Shown here piece by piece: positions 59,231 through 64,000 of a stretch of 64,000 nucleotides of DNA. Where the stretch lies: assembly GCA_963666425.2 (NCBI GenBank), contig OY762825.2, positions 576,001 to 640,000 of the forward strand. Reading direction: 5' to 3'. The position numbers and the translations under genes were made by a program. This DNA is from Bacillota bacterium (GTDB taxonomy: Bacteria; Bacillota; JAAYKD01). Within the stretch, counting starts at the first letter, position 1. Each line of letters begins with the position of its first letter. Below the pieces are notes generated by a model that did not search any database, was not told the origin of the DNA, and saw nothing but the letters and a program-made list of their open reading frames with translations.

Positions 59231-59282
59231 AAAAAACTCTCCCCGGCTTTGGCTGCGTACGCCAGGCGGAGGAGGTTTTTTT
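59231..59282. terminator. Bidirectional terminator
   Basis: aaaaaactctcc...ggaggttttttt between convergent genes. Confidence 0.6.
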
Positions 59283-59287
59283 CATTG

Positions 59288-59791
59288 TTAATCTGCCATC
59301 AGGTTGATGCGGTAGCGGATTTCCCGCACGGGAGTTCCGATCACAGCTTCTTTCGTGCTGCCATCCGGCCGGAAGCCAGCCTTTTCATAGAAATGAATCG
59401 CAGTTTGATTGCTGTCCAAAACCCAAAGCATCACGGAGTGAAATCCCATTTCCTGCAGCGCTTGCAGCGCAGCCTGCATCAGTGCCTTACCCAAACCTTT
59501 TCGCTGCGCAGAGCGCAGCAGATAGAGCCCGCCAACTTCACCATAACCTTCTGGTAAGTCCGTATCGCGCGTTTTGCCGTAGCGGGCAAAACCAACCGGT
59601 TTGCCATCCAACTCGGCAATCAGTACATTTTCAATACCCTGCCGTTCGGCGGCGGCGATACTTTTCGCCTCACTGCGGCGATCGAGATAATCCTGATCGA
59701 TCAGGCCGGTATAAGTTTCTGTCCACGCCTGAAAATGGATTTGACCCAAAGCAAGTAGATCCGCCGCTTGGGCCGGTCTGATCTGCTCCAT
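59288..59791 (-). CDS. GNAT family N-acetyltransferase
   Basis: AWTETY, QRKGLGKAL, LWVLDSNQTAIHFYEKAGF. Confidence 0.92.
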   Translation of the reverse strand: MEQIRPAQAADLLALGQIHFQAWTETYTGLIDQDYLDRRSEAKSIAAAERQGIENVLIAELDGKPVGFARYGKTRDTDLPEGYGEVGGLYLLRSAQRKGLGKALMQAALQALQEMGFHSVMLWVLDSNQTAIHFYEKAGFRPDGSTKEAVIGTPVREIRYRINLMAD

Positions 59792-59856
59792 CCCTTTTAC
59801 CTCCTTTTTTAGTAAGCAGGGATATCTCGGTTCGCGAGACATCCCTGCTTGTTGTT

Positions 59857-61830
59857 TTATTCGCTGAGGAAGCGCTTGAACCAACCCATCATATAATCCA
59901 AACGGGTTAAGCGATTAGCCGGTTTACCGCTGCGGGATAATTCATGGTTCTCACCATGGAAGATCACCATTTCCGTTGTTTTGCCCAAACGTTTCAAGGC
60001 CACATAATACTGCTCCGCTTGTTCCAGCGGGCAGCGATAATCCTGATCGCTGTGCAGGAACAAGAGCGGTGTCGTCACTTTTGGCGCATAGCGAATGGGA
60101 GAGCGTTCCATCAATAAGTCTTCGCTGTCCCAAATATCGGCGCCGCCCATACCGCGTTTATCGTGTGCCCAGCCGTTGTCGGCTGTACCGTATTTGCTCA
60201 GCATATTGGACATGCTGCGCTGCGTGACCGCGGCAGCAAAAAGATCGGTATGTCCAACCAGCCAATTGGTGAAATAACCGCCTTGACTGCCGCCGGTCAC
60301 ACCAATTTTCGCTGCATCGACCCAAGGCAAATCGCGGACCTGTTCTGCCATGAATAAGAGATCATCGGCATCGATACCGCACCAATCTCCGATAATGGCC
60401 GTCGCGAAGGCTTCTCCGTAACCGATCGACCCTCTGGGATTGCCGAAGAAGACGCCATAACCCATGCCGGCTAAGACTTGGAATTCATGGAAGAAAGAAT
60501 TACCGTAAGCGGTGTTTGGTCCGCCGTGAATCTCCATCACCAAAGGATAGCGATTGCCTTCCTCGTAACCGTAAGGTTTCAGCAGCCAACCTTCCAAATC
60601 AGTACCGTCGGGATGGCTAAAGTGAATATTCTCGGCTTTTGCTACCCAGCGTTCCGTAAACAATTTTTCGTTGACAGCGGTGATCTGATGGAAGCAGCTT
60701 TCTTTTTTCAAATCCGCTAACCACAAGTCAGCCGTTGCTTCCGGTGTGGTTTTATTGGCGACGATCACGCCTTTGGCTTCATGAAAACTAAAAACAGCCA
60801 TCATCCCTTCTCCCCAAAGCCGGGAAATTTCCCCGCTGGCTAAGACAAGACGATAGAGGTAAGAATTGCCGCCTTCGGTAGCGGTGAAGAAAACATATTT
60901 GCCGCAGGCAGCGACCATCGGTCCGGTAGAACCGCTGTCAAAGCGAACATCCGATCCGGCAGCCGTACCGATCAGCAAATCAAAACCGGCAGACAGCAAT
61001 TTGTGTTCACCCTGCAGATTGACCTGCCAAATTTCCGCAACGGCACCATTGATCAATCCTTTGTGATGACCGCCATAAACCAAGCCGCTGCTGTCTTTCA
61101 GCCAGGAAGCGCTGTAGAGCGAGACTTTCTGTTGCGTTAAATTGGTCAGACTGCCATCGCCGAGCGCCAGCAGCCATAAATCGGAAGTCGGATTCTGTTC
61201 GTCACCGGTCCGGTTGGAAACAAAAGCCAGCCACTTCCCGTCGGGAGAAGGAATCGGTTCACCGCAATGGAACGCTCCGCTGGTCAGACGCTCCAACTTG
61301 CCGCTGGCGATTTCGATAGACCATAACTGATTCCAATAGCTGTCATAAAAACCGACGCCGTTCATTTTATAATTCAAACGGGTAACATGCTCGAAAGAGG
61401 CACCTTCTCTGGGTTTGCTCTCTGCCGCTATTTCTTCTTTGGCTGTAAAGTAAATCTTACTGCCATCCGCCGACCAGTTGTACGCGCCTACCCCTTTAAA
61501 CATTTTGCTTAAAGCTCTGGCTTCGCTGCCGGCGGCCGAAATCAGCCAGATCTGATTGTTTTTCTCCCGATTGGTGGTAAAGGCAATCGTGCTGCCATCC
61601 GGTGACCACTTGGGATTGCCGTCCCTGACAGCAGCCGTTTGGGCGTTGGTCAATTGACGCTGCTGCTCGCCTTCTCTTAACCAGAGGCAGGAGCGGTAAC
61701 CATTTTCTTTCTCCAACGTTTCACTGACGACATAGACTATTTTCTCGCCATCGGGAGAAACCTGAGCCGCGCCGACTCCTTTGATGCTGACCAAATCACT
61801 GATTGTAAACGGTTTATTCAATTGATACAC
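59857..61830 (-). CDS. S9 family (acylaminoacyl) peptidase
   Basis: WSPDG repeats; HGGPN, GGSQGG, DYRCP, HELSRSG. Confidence 0.95.
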   Translation of the reverse strand: MYQLNKPFTISDLVSIKGVGAAQVSPDGEKIVYVVSETLEKENGYRSCLWLREGEQQRQLTNAQTAAVRDGNPKWSPDGSTIAFTTNREKNNQIWLISAAGSEARALSKMFKGVGAYNWSADGSKIYFTAKEEIAAESKPREGASFEHVTRLNYKMNGVGFYDSYWNQLWSIEIASGKLERLTSGAFHCGEPIPSPDGKWLAFVSNRTGDEQNPTSDLWLLALGDGSLTNLTQQKVSLYSASWLKDSSGLVYGGHHKGLINGAVAEIWQVNLQGEHKLLSAGFDLLIGTAAGSDVRFDSGSTGPMVAACGKYVFFTATEGGNSYLYRLVLASGEISRLWGEGMMAVFSFHEAKGVIVANKTTPEATADLWLADLKKESCFHQITAVNEKLFTERWVAKAENIHFSHPDGTDLEGWLLKPYGYEEGNRYPLVMEIHGGPNTAYGNSFFHEFQVLAGMGYGVFFGNPRGSIGYGEAFATAIIGDWCGIDADDLLFMAEQVRDLPWVDAAKIGVTGGSQGGYFTNWLVGHTDLFAAAVTQRSMSNMLSKYGTADNGWAHDKRGMGGADIWDSEDLLMERSPIRYAPKVTTPLLFLHSDQDYRCPLEQAEQYYVALKRLGKTTEMVIFHGENHELSRSGKPANRLTRLDYMMGWFKRFLSE

Positions 61831-61947
61831 TCCTTCATACGATTAGCGCAGCAAAGATGCAACGACAGAAATCATCGTTGGTACTACCATTGCCGCAACG
61901 AGAAGCCAAACCAGAATTACTTTTGTCTTTTTGCCCATTTTATCCCT

Positions 61948-63237
61948 CTATCGAATCAAATGTAGAGCTTCCTGTCGACCATCCAGGAACCATGTCTTGT
62001 CATCCTTTAGTAAAATCGTCTGCTCCAATGCCATCGTCACTTCCTGATTATCCCATTCCGCTACAGGGAAGCGAACATTTAGTTCCAAGGCATAGCAGGT
62101 AGCGTCGAATAACTCATAATCACCCCGGCCGGGGACTCCATCCTGCTGATCATAAAGACCGATGGTTGGCCCGGCAGCATGGCCGTGATAGCCGATGGGA
62201 TGATTGTAAATACAAGGCAGTAATCCTTCCGCCATTGCCCGCTCCCGGCTCAGATGTAAAACCTGATTACCGGTTCGCCCCACCTGCATCTCTGCTCTGA
62301 CGATATCCTGCAGGCGATTGCCGGCTTTCAGGGCATCTTTTAGACCTTGCGGCGCATCCGTTTCCTGCCGATGCAGCACATAGGCGTTCTGCTGTGTATC
62401 GGTGTTTAAGCGCAGATAAGCGAAACCTACGTCACAATGCAGCAAATCACCGGGTAAAATGATGCTGTCCGCCGGCAGCCGCTCGGCGCCTCTGCGCTGG
62501 ATATTGACATCCGGCTGAAACCAGGGTTTCAAACCTAAATCGACGAAACGCTGCCGAATCCACCACAGCAGATCGGAGGCTGTCGTGATTCCGGGATGCA
62601 CTATCCGGCTGGAAAATGCTTCGGCAATGACACCGTGCGCGATTTGCATGATCCCTTCATAGGAAATGATTTCCGCTTCAGTGCGGGTTTCCAACCAACC
62701 TACCGCCAAACGTTCCGCACCAAAGCATCTAGCCGCGTACTTATCACCCAAAGCGGTCATCATCTCTTCATACAGAGCATGGGAAAGACCATCGCCGAAA
62801 GCAAAGGTATGGCCTACATTGATCCCAATCCGCTGTGGCTGCCACGCTTCGACCAACGCCCGCAGATTAGCCCATTGGTCACCCAAGGCTTGCTTCCAGA
62901 CCGGTTGGTAGAGATCTCCACCGATGCCCGTTTTTGCTAAGACAAACCGCTGCACAGTCTGATCCGGTAAGAGCCGAAAAACCAAAATTGTCATGCGTCT
63001 GGCACTCATGCCGGGTTCGGGAATCAAGGATAGAAAGGTAGGGTCTTCGTTATATTCCCGACAGGCTACGACCCACAGATCAAAATGCTCCCGCTGCATG
63101 ATGGCGGGTAAAACTGTGTCCAGACGCAGCTTCAGCCAGCGATTGATTACCTCAGCCTGTTGCCGTAATGGCAGTATTTTATCCTGCCACTGACCATCGT
63201 GATTGGCAACCCGATGCTGTTCCGTTGAATAAGCCAT
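61948..63237 (-). CDS. M24 family (Xaa-Pro-type) metallopeptidase
   Basis: GDLLHCDVG, TDTQQ, HPIGYHGH, ALEL, LEQ. Confidence 0.88.
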   Translation of the reverse strand: MAYSTEQHRVANHDGQWQDKILPLRQQAEVINRWLKLRLDTVLPAIMQREHFDLWVVACREYNEDPTFLSLIPEPGMSARRMTILVFRLLPDQTVQRFVLAKTGIGGDLYQPVWKQALGDQWANLRALVEAWQPQRIGINVGHTFAFGDGLSHALYEEMMTALGDKYAARCFGAERLAVGWLETRTEAEIISYEGIMQIAHGVIAEAFSSRIVHPGITTASDLLWWIRQRFVDLGLKPWFQPDVNIQRRGAERLPADSIILPGDLLHCDVGFAYLRLNTDTQQNAYVLHRQETDAPQGLKDALKAGNRLQDIVRAEMQVGRTGNQVLHLSRERAMAEGLLPCIYNHPIGYHGHAAGPTIGLYDQQDGVPGRGDYELFDATCYALELNVRFPVAEWDNQEVTMALEQTILLKDDKTWFLDGRQEALHLIR

Positions 63238-63382
63238 GCATTTTGCCTCCTTAAAAATAATTCCATATGGCTGCCTTTATACTTCCACAGTTGCCTAAAT
63301 TCTCCCTGCCGGATTTTTATTTTCTTTTTCCTCTTTGCTAAAAACAGGTGCAGGCAATGGCGGCTGCTTACGCCGCGTTTTT

Positions 63383-64000
63383 CTATTCAGCGAACATTCG
63401 GAAGAGCGCCATTACCGCCTGCAGATCCGTGCCGCTGTAGTAGTGCACAATTTCGCCTTTGCTGTGGTTCGTGTAGGTGCCGACATCACGGTAATCATTC
63501 TCCTGATAAATCACCGTACCGGCATAAGTGCCATCCAACAGAATTTTCCAACTGATCGCATCTTCCCAGACATAATATTGTTTTGCCGTATAGATTGTGA
63601 GATGGCGTCCCAGATTCAGTTCGGCAATGGCGGTTTGGGTTGTCGTTTTTGCTTTGCTGTCTTCCAGTTTAACGAGTTCAGCTGGCTGTAAATTTGTGGT
63701 TGCAGCGGTAAAGGCAGCCAGAACTTCCGGCCATTGGTCAGCATTTTCACCGTTCGCTGCAATATAGCGCTGTTTGGCAATATCCGTCACGCCGGCAATA
63801 CTTTGCGTCAACTGAAATTTCGCCTGATTTAAACTCTCTTCCTGCACGGTCAAGCAGTTCCCCTCTGCATCGAAAACCAGCAGCTGATAATCGCCGATCT
63901 GTTCCGCATAGTTCTCAATGGCAAAGACAAAGGAGACAATATTGTTTAAACCGGCAGCGGTTGTGACTTGCTTGACTGCCGTTAACTGCTCCCCTTTGGG
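63383..64000 (-). CDS. Hypothetical protein, 5' end outside the window
   Basis: Frame of the 63383..63853 ORF stays open to position 64000 (PKGEQLTAVKQVTTAAG...). Confidence 0.7.
   Translation of the reverse strand, partial: PKGEQLTAVKQVTTAAGLNNIVSFVFAIENYAEQIGDYQLLVFDAEGNCLTVQEESLNQAKFQLTQSIAGVTDIAKQRYIAANGENADQWPEVLAAFTAATTNLQPAELVKLEDSKAKTTTQTAIAELNLGRHLTIYTAKQYYVWEDAISWKILLDGTYAGTVIYQENDYRDVGTYTNHSKGEIVHYYSGTDLQAVMALFRMFAE

Overview
Chromosomal window from an anaerobic, peptide/amino-acid-fermenting Firmicute (Bacillota-like; inferred from gene content, GGAGG ribosome-binding sites and sigma-H-like promoters). It contains: (i) a 1.8-kb tandem array of alternating inverted GTAG-type REP hairpins (184-bp unit, 10+9 hairpins, BIME/REPIN-like) downstream of ftsZ; (ii) a reduced dcw cluster (mraZ-rsmH-ftsL // murF-mraY-murD-ftsW-murG-murC-ddl-divIB-ftsZ) with no PBP gene, murE, murB or ftsA; (iii) an AT-richer ~12-kb island (~22.7-34.6 kb) made of repeated, partly decayed modules of [MacB/FtsX-type double permease + redoxin-fold lipoprotein + ABC ATPase + 2-TM microprotein], in which one lipoprotein has an in-frame UGA followed by a hairpin fitting the bacterial SECIS model, and which carries two copies of a ~430-bp non-coding element; (iv) many peptidase and amino-acid genes (three S9, two M20, M24, S8, Pcp, IadA, PatB, Kbl, Hom, ThrE), pyrF-pyrE, tRNA-Asn, an orphan DNA methyltransferase and a preQ1 riboswitch-queT unit. 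An AGGA-N17/18-GAA motif recurs upstream of 12 transcription units. All calls were made by eye from motifs; no database searches were run.
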